From IMG/VR virus record IMGVR_UViG_3300032303_001407, positions 1 through 30,113 of that record: DNA of 30,113 nt. The stretch is one strand, 5' to 3'. Origin of the DNA: a virus (Duplodnaviria; Caudoviricetes). The notes below the pieces were generated by a model. It made no database searches, had not been told where the DNA came from, and worked only from the letters and a program-made list of their open reading frames with translations. The translations under genes were made by a program, and so were the position numbers. This document shows positions 15,318 through 23,573 of this stretch, one piece after another. Position 1 is the stretch's first letter, and the number at the start of each line of letters is the position of its first letter.

Positions 15318-15766
15318 TAGTCGTTGCCAACTTCTTTAAGTGATGCAGATAGCATCCAATGCCATCTCTGATGCATGTCCATGCGTTCTGCAAAGAAGTT
15401 TGCAATTGCATGTTGTCTATTTTGTGTAGCAAGATCAACAGCATCTGTAAGTTTTGCAAGAACCATATCATTAGCCATAAGTAAATCTGCAGACATCATC
15501 ATTGGATCTGAAGTAACATCAGGCTCTCCAACTTCATTTAATACAATAAATCTTGATAGTTTAAATGGTGCATAGGCATCTAACTTACGAAGCCACTCTG
15601 CATATGTATCTGTTGCTTCATCGTAGTCTGTGTAAATATTTTCAAATAATTCATGGTACTGAAGAAAATCATCGCCTTCTACATTCCAGTGATACCCATG
15701 AGCCTTAAGTTTAAGGGTAATATTATCTGCAAGCAGCACTTTCAGTAGATTAACTAGTTCTTCCAT
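15317..15766 (-). CDS. dps: Dps/ferritin-like DNA protection protein
   Basis: HGYHWNVEG.DF...HELFE..Y, D..AE, WML. Confidence 0.92.
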   Translation of the reverse strand: MEELVNLLKVLLADNITLKLKAHGYHWNVEGDDFLQYHELFENIYTDYDEATDTYAEWLRKLDAYAPFKLSRFIVLNEVGEPDVTSDPMMMSADLLMANDMVLAKLTDAVDLATQNRQHAIANFFAERMDMHQRWHWMLSASLKEVGND

Positions 15767-15805
15767 GATATGAGTATACCATATTTCTTAGTGTATAATA
15801 AAATA

Positions 15806-16357
15806 ATGAATATAACTAAACCATATAATAATGATATTTTTATAGTTGAAGATTTTTTGACAGAACAAGAGGTAATAATCCTTGAAAATCTTATTAAAAA
15901 ATCTAAAAAAGAATATATTAATGATAGTATAACTAATGATTATTTTAAAGGGAAATTAATTAAATTTAATTCAGATCAATCCTTGGGGGATGAAGTAACC
16001 TCAATAAATGCAAAAATATATCAAAGAGCAATATCTTGCATTGAGGGAATAACTAACAATAAATATGAGTATACCCATATTGATTCTATAATAAAAACAG
16101 GTGGTTCTGGAATGCCACCACATTCTGATGACAGCCCATTAGTAGAAGATTTAACAACAGATTATGGTGTTGTAATATATTTAAATGAAAACTATACTGG
16201 TGGAGAAATATATTATCCTAATCTAAATATAGAGTTTAAGCCCAAAAGAAAAAGTTTAATCATTCATCCAGGAAATGTTGAATATTCTCACGGTGTTAAA
16301 GATGTAATAAATGGAGAAAGATACTGTATTACATTCTTTGCTTTTACAAGAAAATAA
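15806..16357 (+). CDS. 2OG-Fe(II) oxygenase
   Basis: HSD, VIYLNENYTGGEIYYP, HGVKDV..GERY; leaderless start. Confidence 0.88.
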   Translation: MNITKPYNNDIFIVEDFLTEQEVIILENLIKKSKKEYINDSITNDYFKGKLIKFNSDQSLGDEVTSINAKIYQRAISCIEGITNNKYEYTHIDSIIKTGGSGMPPHSDDSPLVEDLTTDYGVVIYLNENYTGGEIYYPNLNIEFKPKRKSLIIHPGNVEYSHGVKDVINGERYCITFFAFTRK

Positions 16358-16600
16358 GCAGTTTATAGACGACTGCTCAGGTCTATTAGCCACGAAGATT
16401 CAACTCCTGCCAACCCTCCACTCATAGGAGCATCCGTTATTAAAACTTTCTTAAGGTCTTAAGCGGAATAATACTTATTATACTATAATTTTAATAGGCA
16501 GTTTTTTACAGTCATGCCTAGGACTATACCAGTTTTTATTGTCGCTGTCTCCCCCGACAAAATCTGCGACTCCTCAGTGACGAGGTGCAGAAATATATTG
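16356..16600 (-). ncRNA. Structured 3' region of hsp20 with pseudoknot motifs and a candidate small RNA
   Basis: AGTC-CTAGGCAT-GACT-GTAAAAAAC-TGCCTA (16525-16495); TAGAC-CTGAGCAGTC-GTCTA-TAAAC-TGCTT (16385-16356); several further stems. Confidence 0.6.
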
Positions 16601-16602
16601 TA

Positions 16603-17007
16603 CTACTGAATTTCAATAGTTTTTGGCAGTTTGTCTTCTGGAATCTGTTTTTCAAGTTTAATATCCAAGATACCATCCTTAAATTCAGCCCCAACTACTT
16701 CAACAAACTCAGGAAGAGTGAAGATATCTGTAAACTTACGAGCAGCAATGCCCTTATGTAGATACTCTGCACCCTCTGGTAATTCAGCATCCTGTTTTTC
16801 GCCCTTAATTGTAAGTTTGCGATTATCTAGCAATACTGAAACATCATCCTTAGAGAACCCAGCCAAAGCAAATGAAAGAATATATTCTTTGTCATTTAGT
16901 TTGACTTGATTATAAGGTGGATAGTTTGTTGTTGTTGTTACCTTCTGAAAATTTGAGAAGGTATTAAAAAATGGATCATTAAAAAGATCCAGTGCTGTTT
17001 TTACCAT
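16603..17007 (-). CDS. Hsp20/IbpA-like small heat-shock protein
   Basis: NYPPYN, ALAGF, YLHKGIAARKF, A.FKDGIL.I.L. Confidence 0.95.
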   Translation of the reverse strand: MVKTALDLFNDPFFNTFSNFQKVTTTTNYPPYNQVKLNDKEYILSFALAGFSKDDVSVLLDNRKLTIKGEKQDAELPEGAEYLHKGIAARKFTDIFTLPEFVEVVGAEFKDGILDIKLEKQIPEDKLPKTIEIQ

Positions 17008-17058
17008 GTTATTCCCCTTTCAAGCGAATAAGTTAATTTACCCCCCATATGGGCAGGT
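17008..17058 (-). promoter_or_regulatory. ROSE-like RNA thermometer candidate in the hsp20 5' UTR
   Basis: UUAUUCGCUU-GAAA-GGGGAAUAA hairpin sequesters the SD; UCGCU with bulged G; TGC-TATAAT promoter at 17073-17065. Confidence 0.55.
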
Positions 17059-17079
17059 ATAAATATTATAGCATAGAAA

Positions 17080-17108
17080 AACAGGCTAGTCAAATACCCT
17101 AGCCTGTC
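17080..17108 (-). terminator. Intrinsic terminator
   Basis: ACAGGCTAG...CTAGCCTGT stem followed by T's on the - strand. Confidence 0.65.
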
Positions 17109-17119
17109 AATCTAATTTA

Positions 17120-17389
17120 TTATTTCTTTGCTGCAGTCTTTTTGCGAGCAGGAGCCTTCTTTACTGTAGCCTTCTTTACTGCAGCATCGACAACTGCTAC
17201 ATCTGGAAGATTTCCAAATGCCGTATCATTTGGATTAATTGCTCTCAATGCTACTGGTGCAATTGCAGCCAATAGTGAGTATGCAAGAGTCTTAGGATCT
17301 GTTACCCCAGACATGTATAGTGCAAGAGCAGCACCAAGAACTGATCGTCCATATGATGCAAGCATTGCCTTTAGTTGTGTTGTATTCAT
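17120..17389 (-). CDS. Small membrane protein with Lys/Ala tail (holin-like)
   Basis: Two hydrophobic segments and a basic C-terminus; AGGAGG SD. Confidence 0.6.
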   Translation of the reverse strand: MNTTQLKAMLASYGRSVLGAALALYMSGVTDPKTLAYSLLAAIAPVALRAINPNDTAFGNLPDVAVVDAAVKKATVKKAPARKKTAAKK

Positions 17390-17399
17390 TGTATTCCTC

Positions 17400-17558
17400 C
17401 TAGGATATTATATTAGTTATTAATGTGAAACCAATCCATAAACCAATAATTCCTGCGACTCCCGCAAAAACTGGTGGTGCTGGTACTGGTAATTTGAATG
17501 CAGCAAATACTATGCCACATCCAAAACCTGTTAGTATTGATAAAACAATATCTTTCAT
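17400..17558 (-). CDS. XapX/DUF1427-domain small membrane protein (52 aa)
   Basis: G..CG.VFAAFKLPVPAPPVFAGVAGIIGLWIG; absent from the ORF track. Confidence 0.8.
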   Translation of the reverse strand: MKDIVLSILTGFGCGIVFAAFKLPVPAPPVFAGVAGIIGLWIGFTLITNIIS

Positions 17559-17944
17559 TAATCTTCCTTTGGCAATAGTTGTTTTAATTGATCATAAGAA
17601 TCAGCAATCTTTTTCATAGAGTAGTAGTTTGGACCCATTGAAGTAAGATCACTGTACTCCTTAAAATATTTAATTTCTGGTTCAATATCACTAATAAACT
17701 TATTTAGACCAACCTGAACTTCTTCTATGTATTTAAATGCATCTTGTCTTGATTGTTCAACAAAATTTAAAAATGATTTATTAGTATCATTATTAATTTT
17801 TTCAACTATAATGTTTTTATCTATATTGCATTGAATCAAATCACTTTTAATATTATTTAGTTTATGATTTGTTATAAAAAGTTTAAATGCTATAAATGTA
17901 AAAGAAAACGCAAATACAAAAAAAGAAATAAAATCAAGAATCAT
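17558..17944 (-). CDS. Membrane-anchored hypothetical protein
   Basis: N-terminal TM segment; coupled ORF. Confidence 0.7.
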   Translation of the reverse strand: MILDFISFFVFAFSFTFIAFKLFITNHKLNNIKSDLIQCNIDKNIIVEKINNDTNKSFLNFVEQSRQDAFKYIEEVQVGLNKFISDIEPEIKYFKEYSDLTSMGPNYYSMKKIADSYDQLKQLLPKED

Positions 17945-18180
17945 TGCAACTTGCCCCCTTCTCTAACTAATAAAACAATTGCTCCATTGTCTTCTAATGC
18001 TTTTTTTACACGAATCATATATTCGACTGCAGAAATACGGTCCTCTACTGTTAATCTCATAAACTCTGGCTCACTGGCTTTTACGGTAATAAAGTGTTCA
18101 TTGTCTACAAGAGTAAGGTTAAAGTTTTTAGGCGCATGAATAGAATGAAAGGCTCTTTTCATTTGATCTGTATACATCAT
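17941..18180 (-). CDS. Hypothetical phage protein
   Basis: MMYTDQMKRAFHSI; AGGAG SD. Confidence 0.7.
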   Translation of the reverse strand: MMYTDQMKRAFHSIHAPKNFNLTLVDNEHFITVKASEPEFMRLTVEDRISAVEYMIRVKKALEDNGAIVLLVREGGKLQ

Positions 18181-18344
18181 TCTCCTTTTACAACTGGATC
18201 TAGTCTGTCCCAGCAACCCTTTTCACTGCCTTGAAAAACTTGACCAGTTTCTCTATCAATTAAAAGCCACTTATTTGGAGATTTTGTGTAAACTTTAAGT
18301 TCTATTGCTGAATCAAGTTCATCAAACATAAAAGCATCTCTCAT
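18177..18344 (-). CDS. Small hypothetical protein (55 aa)
   Basis: VYTKSPNKWLLIDRETGQVF; ATGA overlaps on both sides. Confidence 0.65.
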   Translation of the reverse strand: MRDAFMFDELDSAIELKVYTKSPNKWLLIDRETGQVFQGSEKGCWDRLDPVVKGE

Positions 18345-18544
18345 TTACGACCCCATTTAATCTTATTCCACCCACGCTCATGAAAATAATAAAGGATAGT
18401 TTTTGTTAGCACTTCAAAACCCGCAATTGATGCTGCAGTGATTGCTTTGTGTGTTATAAAATATGACAATACAAAAGTATCTGCAGTTCCAACTATGCGC
18501 CATGTGATTGCCTTTAGTGCTGATCTTTGTTTAGTTACATTCAT
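18341..18544 (-). CDS. DUF2061 membrane protein
   Basis: RS.LKAITWR.VGT.DT...LYYFHERGW. Confidence 0.85.
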   Translation of the reverse strand: MNVTKQRSALKAITWRIVGTADTFVLSYFITHKAITAASIAGFEVLTKTILYYFHERGWNKIKWGRK

Positions 18545-18586
18545 TGCCCTGCCCCTATAGCCAACCAGGACAAAACTTTTTTTATT

Positions 18587-19345
18587 TTAGAGACCCATCT
18601 CTTTACGTTTTTGCGTAGCGCTAATAGCATGAATGTCTGCCCCCAAATCTACTTGTTCAATCTTATATCCTACATCACGACCATACACAATGTTAGTAAT
18701 GTTGGGTAGTCTTAATACTAATGCTCCATCCATAAATTCATCTTTGGCAATATACTCTTTTACCTGATCAAACCTAAGTGGATCTTTTTCACTTGTGTTA
18801 TAAGTATTACGGACTCCCAATAGTACTTGCTCTGTTCTTTTCCCCGCCTCTTTGTAAAGAGCATGGTGTCCTTCATGCCATGGTTGATATCTACCAAGCA
18901 TTAGGGTTGTAGGGGCTGTCCAGTCATGTAACTGGCAAGCAGCAAGTATAAGTTCTACCTCTTCCTCTACTGTCATTCCACAAGGAATTCTAATATCACA
19001 AGACTCTGGGTCTTCCCACATCTTGTTTGTGTCTTCAAATCTTCCAGATTCAATTCTGTCTACCCAGATTAGTACGTCTGGCTTACCAAATGCTGCACGG
19101 GTTAAATCTGTTGGACACACAAAGTCAACAACTACTGGAGCAACCCCTTGCTTTGCAATCAGTCTTGCCATCTCACCCATGCGTCGGGCTTGTTCAAGTC
19201 TATCTTCAGGTGTAAAACCTAAGTCAGAGTTTACTGTTGCACGAACCTCATCTGCATTTAGATGAATTGCATTAATTCGTTCCTTTAATGCTTTTGCAAG
19301 TTCTGTTTTACCTGAACCTGGCAGCCCAATAATTTGAATAATCAT
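18587..19345 (-). CDS. Fusion of an APS-kinase-like P-loop kinase and an HxGH nucleotidyltransferase
   Basis: GLPGSGKT, LNADEVR, DLGF..EDR; GRYQPWHEGH. Confidence 0.85.
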   Translation of the reverse strand: MIIQIIGLPGSGKTELAKALKERINAIHLNADEVRATVNSDLGFTPEDRLEQARRMGEMARLIAKQGVAPVVVDFVCPTDLTRAAFGKPDVLIWVDRIESGRFEDTNKMWEDPESCDIRIPCGMTVEEEVELILAACQLHDWTAPTTLMLGRYQPWHEGHHALYKEAGKRTEQVLLGVRNTYNTSEKDPLRFDQVKEYIAKDEFMDGALVLRLPNITNIVYGRDVGYKIEQVDLGADIHAISATQKRKEMGL

Positions 19346-19551
19346 TCTTCTTTTCTCCAATGAATATAAGATCTTATGTATATTGTAGCATAGGCAACTG
19401 CCATTGCTATAAAACCATATTGTTTTGTGGCTAGAGCATACATAATCCATAGGCATTCATTAACGCAAAGAATTAGCCAACCCCAAACTGTTTTTTGTCC
19501 AACTAAAAATATTCCACAAACACCTATAACTGCTAGTACCCAAGACCACAT
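19342..19551 (-). CDS. Small PnuC-like membrane protein
   Basis: Three hydrophobic segments; K..WGW...NE.LW..YA....YG pattern. Confidence 0.55.
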   Translation of the reverse strand: MWSWVLAVIGVCGIFLVGQKTVWGWLILCVNECLWIMYALATKQYGFIAMAVAYATIYIRSYIHWRKEE

Positions 19552-19552
19552 A

Positions 19553-19837
19553 TTATAAATCCATCGTTAGATATTGCCAAGTATTAGCCCAATTTTCTTT
19601 TGTTTTGTGGCTATTAAATTCTTTAGATATTGATCCACCCTCTAAATAAATACCACCCCAAACTCCCCACTCCTTACCAGAAATTCCATATGCAAAACAT
19701 GTTTTTGCAACTGGGCACTCAGAGCATAATTTATCTATTGCTAACCTTAGATCAACTTCTTCTTCGTATTTTTCAAAGAATATATTTGTATCATATTCGA
19801 AACAAGAACCTTGATCCTTCCAAGAATGTTTATTCAT
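19553..19837 (-). CDS. whiB: WhiB-family Fe-S transcription regulator
   Basis: Four Cys (C...CSECPV...C), FF and GVWGG turn. Confidence 0.92.
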   Translation of the reverse strand: MNKHSWKDQGSCFEYDTNIFFEKYEEEVDLRLAIDKLCSECPVAKTCFAYGISGKEWGVWGGIYLEGGSISKEFNSHKTKENWANTWQYLTMDL

Positions 19838-19839
19838 GC

Positions 19840-20049
19840 TTAATCTACAAACTTATCTGGTATATCCCAACCATCTTTGCTTGGTTCAAATCTTTTTGAG
19901 ATATACCAATTGCCATTAATGCATTTACCGAACTTAGAGGTTCGTGCACTTTCAGACTTTACAATGTTGAGAACTGTCCATCCATCCCACATTAATGATC
20001 TGTTCTTCTTTACTATGCTTTCCATTTTTTCAAGTTCTTTAATTTTCAT
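19840..20049 (-). CDS. Hypothetical phage protein
   Basis: L.WDGWTV...GW; AAGGA SD. Confidence 0.7.
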   Translation of the reverse strand: MKIKELEKMESIVKKNRSLMWDGWTVLNIVKSESARTSKFGKCINGNWYISKRFEPSKDGWDIPDKFVD

Positions 20050-20062
20050 AATAATTTCCTTT

Positions 20063-20413
20063 TTAATAGTTAAAAATTCCAACTTCAATATTTTTTTCTT
20101 GTGCTTCATATACTAATTTTGTCTTTGATTCATTTGGCTTAGATAAAAAAACAAAATAGTTTAACTGTTCCATATTTTCACTAATCCATGTTGGTGCAAC
20201 TTTGTACATCTTAATTTTTTTACCACGAGACTTCATACTGCGTTCCGATAAATTAACAAATTCACTCACCATTGAATTGATGCCTGAAGGCCCAGCAGAA
20301 TAAATATAAAAATATTCATCTGTATCTAAAAGATTAGAAAGAGCAACAGCAATACCTCTAAGAAAAATTTTATAATCATCAAAGGAATTAGTCCCCTGAA
20401 CTCCCACTATCAT
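20063..20413 (-). CDS. Hypothetical protein, possibly SLOG/DUF2493-like
   Basis: IVGVQGTNSFDDY resembles the N-terminus of SLOG proteins. Confidence 0.55.
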   Translation of the reverse strand: MIVGVQGTNSFDDYKIFLRGIAVALSNLLDTDEYFYIYSAGPSGINSMVSEFVNLSERSMKSRGKKIKMYKVAPTWISENMEQLNYFVFLSKPNESKTKLVYEAQEKNIEVGIFNY

Positions 20414-20807
20414 TGTCAAGCCCTTCTCTAAGTTTGTCCATTATAAATAACATCTTATCTAATTGTACCTTATCCATATTCATTGTGTCAACTGTAGTTG
20501 TTGATTCAGCATCGATTACTCCATCTTCAACGGATGAAACATAAAAAATATTATTTTTAATCCAATAAGCAAAATTATCCACTATTATAACTTTTATGTT
20601 TGTTTTTCTTTCATACTCAGAAGACTGTGTTCTTCTTTGTTTTTTATTAAAGTTAGAATACTGAAGCAATGGTTTAACAATACTAAAAATATGACTTTGA
20701 CTATACCTAATTTGCATAGAACTTTCTTTTTTATCTTCTTGCAAAAAAAATTTTCCAACAAAATAAATACTTATTAGTGTTATTAAAGATCCAACAAGAT
20801 ATTCCAT
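20388..20807 (-). CDS. Membrane-anchored hypothetical protein
   Basis: N-terminal TM segment; 139 aa ORF. Confidence 0.7.
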   Translation of the reverse strand: MEYLVGSLITLISIYFVGKFFLQEDKKESSMQIRYSQSHIFSIVKPLLQYSNFNKKQRRTQSSEYERKTNIKVIIVDNFAYWIKNNIFYVSSVEDGVIDAESTTTVDTMNMDKVQLDKMLFIMDKLREGLDNDSGSSGD

Positions 20808-21410
20808 CTATTCTCCAGGCTGAAGTTGCCAAAATCCTGGAGTCATGTACTTTGTACCACTAATCAATGTCTGTGATTCATGAAAGTATGGCTTCTTGGA
20901 TGGAAAAACAACAATGCTTCCTTCTTTTGGTTTAATTAAAATATCCTGATCTTTAAAATAAAGTTGTCCGCCCTCATAATTATCATTTAAATACAAAACA
21001 ACAGATATTGTTTTTAGTGGATCATCATCGTGAGAATCAACATGAGGCCCCATAGATCTGTCAATGTTGTATTTGCTTATAGATAATGGTGTTAGTTTTC
21101 CAATGTTTAGATCATCATGTTTTTTTGCATAATCCAAAGAAACATTAACAATTGCTTCATTTATTCTATTATAGATACTTATAGATTCTTTATAAAAAAT
21201 ATTTTTGTTATCAAATACTGATTCTAAAATTGTTTTTTGTGCTCCAAAAGAATAATCAGATTGATAGGCAACCCACTCTTTCCACTTAGTTATTGGAGTT
21301 GTCTCATCTGAAACTAAGTCTAAAGCCTCTATATCTTTTATTAATTGTTTAGGATTTTCTAAAACATTTTCATAATAATATATATTTGTTTCTAAAATAT
21401 TAAGATTCAT
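20808..21410 (-). CDS. 2OG-Fe(II) oxygenase
   Basis: GPHVD, SVVLYLNDNYEGGQL, FPS..PYFHES. Confidence 0.88.
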   Translation of the reverse strand: MNLNILETNIYYYENVLENPKQLIKDIEALDLVSDETTPITKWKEWVAYQSDYSFGAQKTILESVFDNKNIFYKESISIYNRINEAIVNVSLDYAKKHDDLNIGKLTPLSISKYNIDRSMGPHVDSHDDDPLKTISVVLYLNDNYEGGQLYFKDQDILIKPKEGSIVVFPSKKPYFHESQTLISGTKYMTPGFWQLQPGE

Positions 21411-21597
21411 CAACTATTTCTCCAATCTGTATTAAACTATTTAAAGTTTCTTTATCTAAAAATTTTATATCTTCATCAAAATTTTTCATTTTATCTGTAA
21501 AATTATATAAAAATTTACCAGTTTCAATGTCTATGCCATAAATCTCAACACCACCCTGAAGGATTAGATCATTTATGACATCATCATTTTGATTCAT
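21400..21597 (-). CDS. Hypothetical protein
   Basis: ORF overlapping the next gene. Confidence 0.6.
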   Translation of the reverse strand: MNQNDDVINDLILQGGVEIYGIDIETGKFLYNFTDKMKNFDEDIKFLDKETLNSLIQIGEIVDES

Positions 21598-21612
21598 TAA
21601 GGTTAAACCTAT

Positions 21613-22020
21613 CTACTTGCCACTCTTTTTTCTAGCCTTAGCCAATGCATCAAAATCCTTAACCTTTGTATCTCCTAAGTATCCCCATGCATAGCCATCA
21701 TTGATCATCATGTCATTAAGGGAAATGGTATTACCATCAACATATACCCAGCCCAGAATACGACCATACTTCTCAGACGAGTCAATCTTTTCAGTCTTAA
21801 TCACAACAGACTTAGCATCCTTTATATGCTTCTTGAGGTACTCCTTAGCCTCAAGACCAAGAGTCTTCTCAGCAAGATCCTTTGTTCGTGACTCAGGGGT
21901 ATCAATACCCGCCAATCTAACACGGGATGCAAATAGGATATCAAAACCTAAATCAATAAGAACGTCAATGGTGTCCCCATCTACTACATTCTCTACTTTT
22001 CTTACATAATATTCGTACAT
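21613..22020 (-). CDS. Thermonuclease (SNase-like)
   Basis: VVDGDTID, RVRLAGIDTPE, KYGRILG. Confidence 0.93.
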   Translation of the reverse strand: MYEYYVRKVENVVDGDTIDVLIDLGFDILFASRVRLAGIDTPESRTKDLAEKTLGLEAKEYLKKHIKDAKSVVIKTEKIDSSEKYGRILGWVYVDGNTISLNDMMINDGYAWGYLGDTKVKDFDALAKARKKSGK

Positions 22021-22045
22021 TGTATTCTCCTTAATATATACTCTA

Positions 22046-22837
22046 TTATACTCTATTCAAATTAGAAAGATCTTTGACAAGACTGTTTACTTGTAAAAAA
22101 TTATTGTCTGAATCAGTCATTGCAATCATTACATCTGAAACTTCTTGTTTGTTAATATTTAAAATATTATTTTTTATTTTTTCATATGTGCCATAAAATC
22201 TAGGATCCCACCCATGCTCTCCCGATTTTAATATAAAGTTTTCTGCTGCTTCTTCTGTATCCCTAATACAAATTTTAACCAAAACACCAATTTTTTTTAA
22301 ATTTGGAACTTTTGTTCTTTTTTGTTCATATGCACCATACTCAAGAAATAAAATATCTGCATACTTTTTTGCTGATTCAAAGATAGCATATGAAGAACCA
22401 CTAATTGCAATTTCTGCTAGGCCATTATTATTTTTTAAAAATATTCCTAAAAAATTATCAAGTGTTTGCAATCTTTCATCTTTAGAAATTTCTTTATAGT
22501 TATTACCAATGGCATGTGTTGGGGTTTTTTCATCTCCACCAATATTTCCAGCAATAAAATTTAACATCAATCTATCTTTATCAATAGAGTTAAATGCTTT
22601 GCACATCATTATACAATATTCTGGACTTATTGCATGAGTCCTTAAGGCAATGTTATATTTGATTTTTTCATTTTTTTTAATTATATTTGCTGACTGTATC
22701 CAACCATCTGGCTTATTTGAATTATAAACCATAAGTATTGAATAATAGCCACTAGTATCAAGTTCTGAAATAAAAGATTGTAAATCATATAAATTAAACT
22801 TTGAAACATTTCTATACATAAAATGAAAATCAAACAT
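22046..22837 (-). CDS. Luciferase-like (LLM) flavin-dependent oxidoreductase, SsuD-like
   Basis: GYYSIL, IALR...SP, RLMLNFIAG, ISGSS, IRDTEEAA, GT. Confidence 0.65.
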   Translation of the reverse strand: MFDFHFMYRNVSKFNLYDLQSFISELDTSGYYSILMVYNSNKPDGWIQSANIIKKNEKIKYNIALRTHAISPEYCIMMCKAFNSIDKDRLMLNFIAGNIGGDEKTPTHAIGNNYKEISKDERLQTLDNFLGIFLKNNNGLAEIAISGSSYAIFESAKKYADILFLEYGAYEQKRTKVPNLKKIGVLVKICIRDTEEAAENFILKSGEHGWDPRFYGTYEKIKNNILNINKQEVSDVMIAMTDSDNNFLQVNSLVKDLSNLNRV

Positions 22838-22843
22838 TTTATG

Positions 22844-23071
22844 TTACTTTACTTTTAGTCGTTCATCTACAATCGATATTGCAAAACTCATCATCTTACT
22901 ATATCCCATAAGATCATCCATTATTTTATTATAATGGTGTCCACAAAACATCAAATTGCCTTTTATTCCAGTAACTTGAACCAATGCTTCGGCAGCACAC
23001 TGATCGCATCTATCTGTTGCACCTAGCACCCATTCTTTATTTTCTACTATTGCATCAATCATCGTACTCAT
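22844..23071 (-). CDS. Small zinc-binding protein
   Basis: DRCDQC...LMFCGHH. Confidence 0.75.
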   Translation of the reverse strand: MSTMIDAIVENKEWVLGATDRCDQCAAEALVQVTGIKGNLMFCGHHYNKIMDDLMGYSKMMSFAISIVDERLKVK

Positions 23072-23077
23072 AGTATA

Positions 23078-23263
23078 CTACCTCTTTCTATTATCAGTGG
23101 AATAAAACCCAGAACCATTAAAAACGGCCCCTACATTAGAGTATACACGAACTAGTGGTGTATTGCAAGTTTCACATTGATACCCTGGATCATTATCTGT
23201 TACAGATCTTTGTTTCGTATACCGTTTTGCACATGGCATACAGTCATATTCGTACAGTGCCAC
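23078..23263 (-). CDS. FmdB-family zinc-ribbon protein
   Basis: YEYDC..C...C..C...FNGSGFYSTD. Confidence 0.88.
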   Translation of the reverse strand: MALYEYDCMPCAKRYTKQRSVTDNDPGYQCETCNTPLVRVYSNVGAVFNGSGFYSTDNRKR

Positions 23264-23264
23264 T

Positions 23265-23372
23265 TTAGTTTTTCTTCTTTGCTTTCACTGTCCAATAAGG
23301 AAGTTTTAGGTTGTCTCCGCCCCACTCATATCCTAGTATTTTAACAATAAACTTAATAATTTTAATACGCAT
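23265..23372 (-). CDS. Small basic protein (35 aa)
   Basis: MRIKIIKFIVKILGYEW; AGGAG SD and TAATG coupling. Confidence 0.5.
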   Translation of the reverse strand: MRIKIIKFIVKILGYEWGGDNLKLPYWTVKAKKKN

Positions 23373-23572
23373 TATTTAACTCCTTTCCCAAACTTTGCCC
23401 ATATTCTTTCATGTACATAATATCCTAATGCTTCTACACCAATATAAAAAAATGCACCAAGGCTTGCATACTCCCAATCACCAGTAAATACATAAATAAT
23501 ACTAGCAAGAACTACAAGGTGAAATGTTTCCCAACTAAATGTTTTAATTGTTGACTTCTTAATTGATTCCAT
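23372..23572 (-). CDS. DUF2061-like membrane protein (second copy)
   Basis: KS.IKTFSW...YYVHERIW. Confidence 0.75.
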   Translation of the reverse strand: MESIKKSTIKTFSWETFHLVVLASIIYVFTGDWEYASLGAFFYIGVEALGYYVHERIWAKFGKGVK

Positions 23573-23573
23573 T

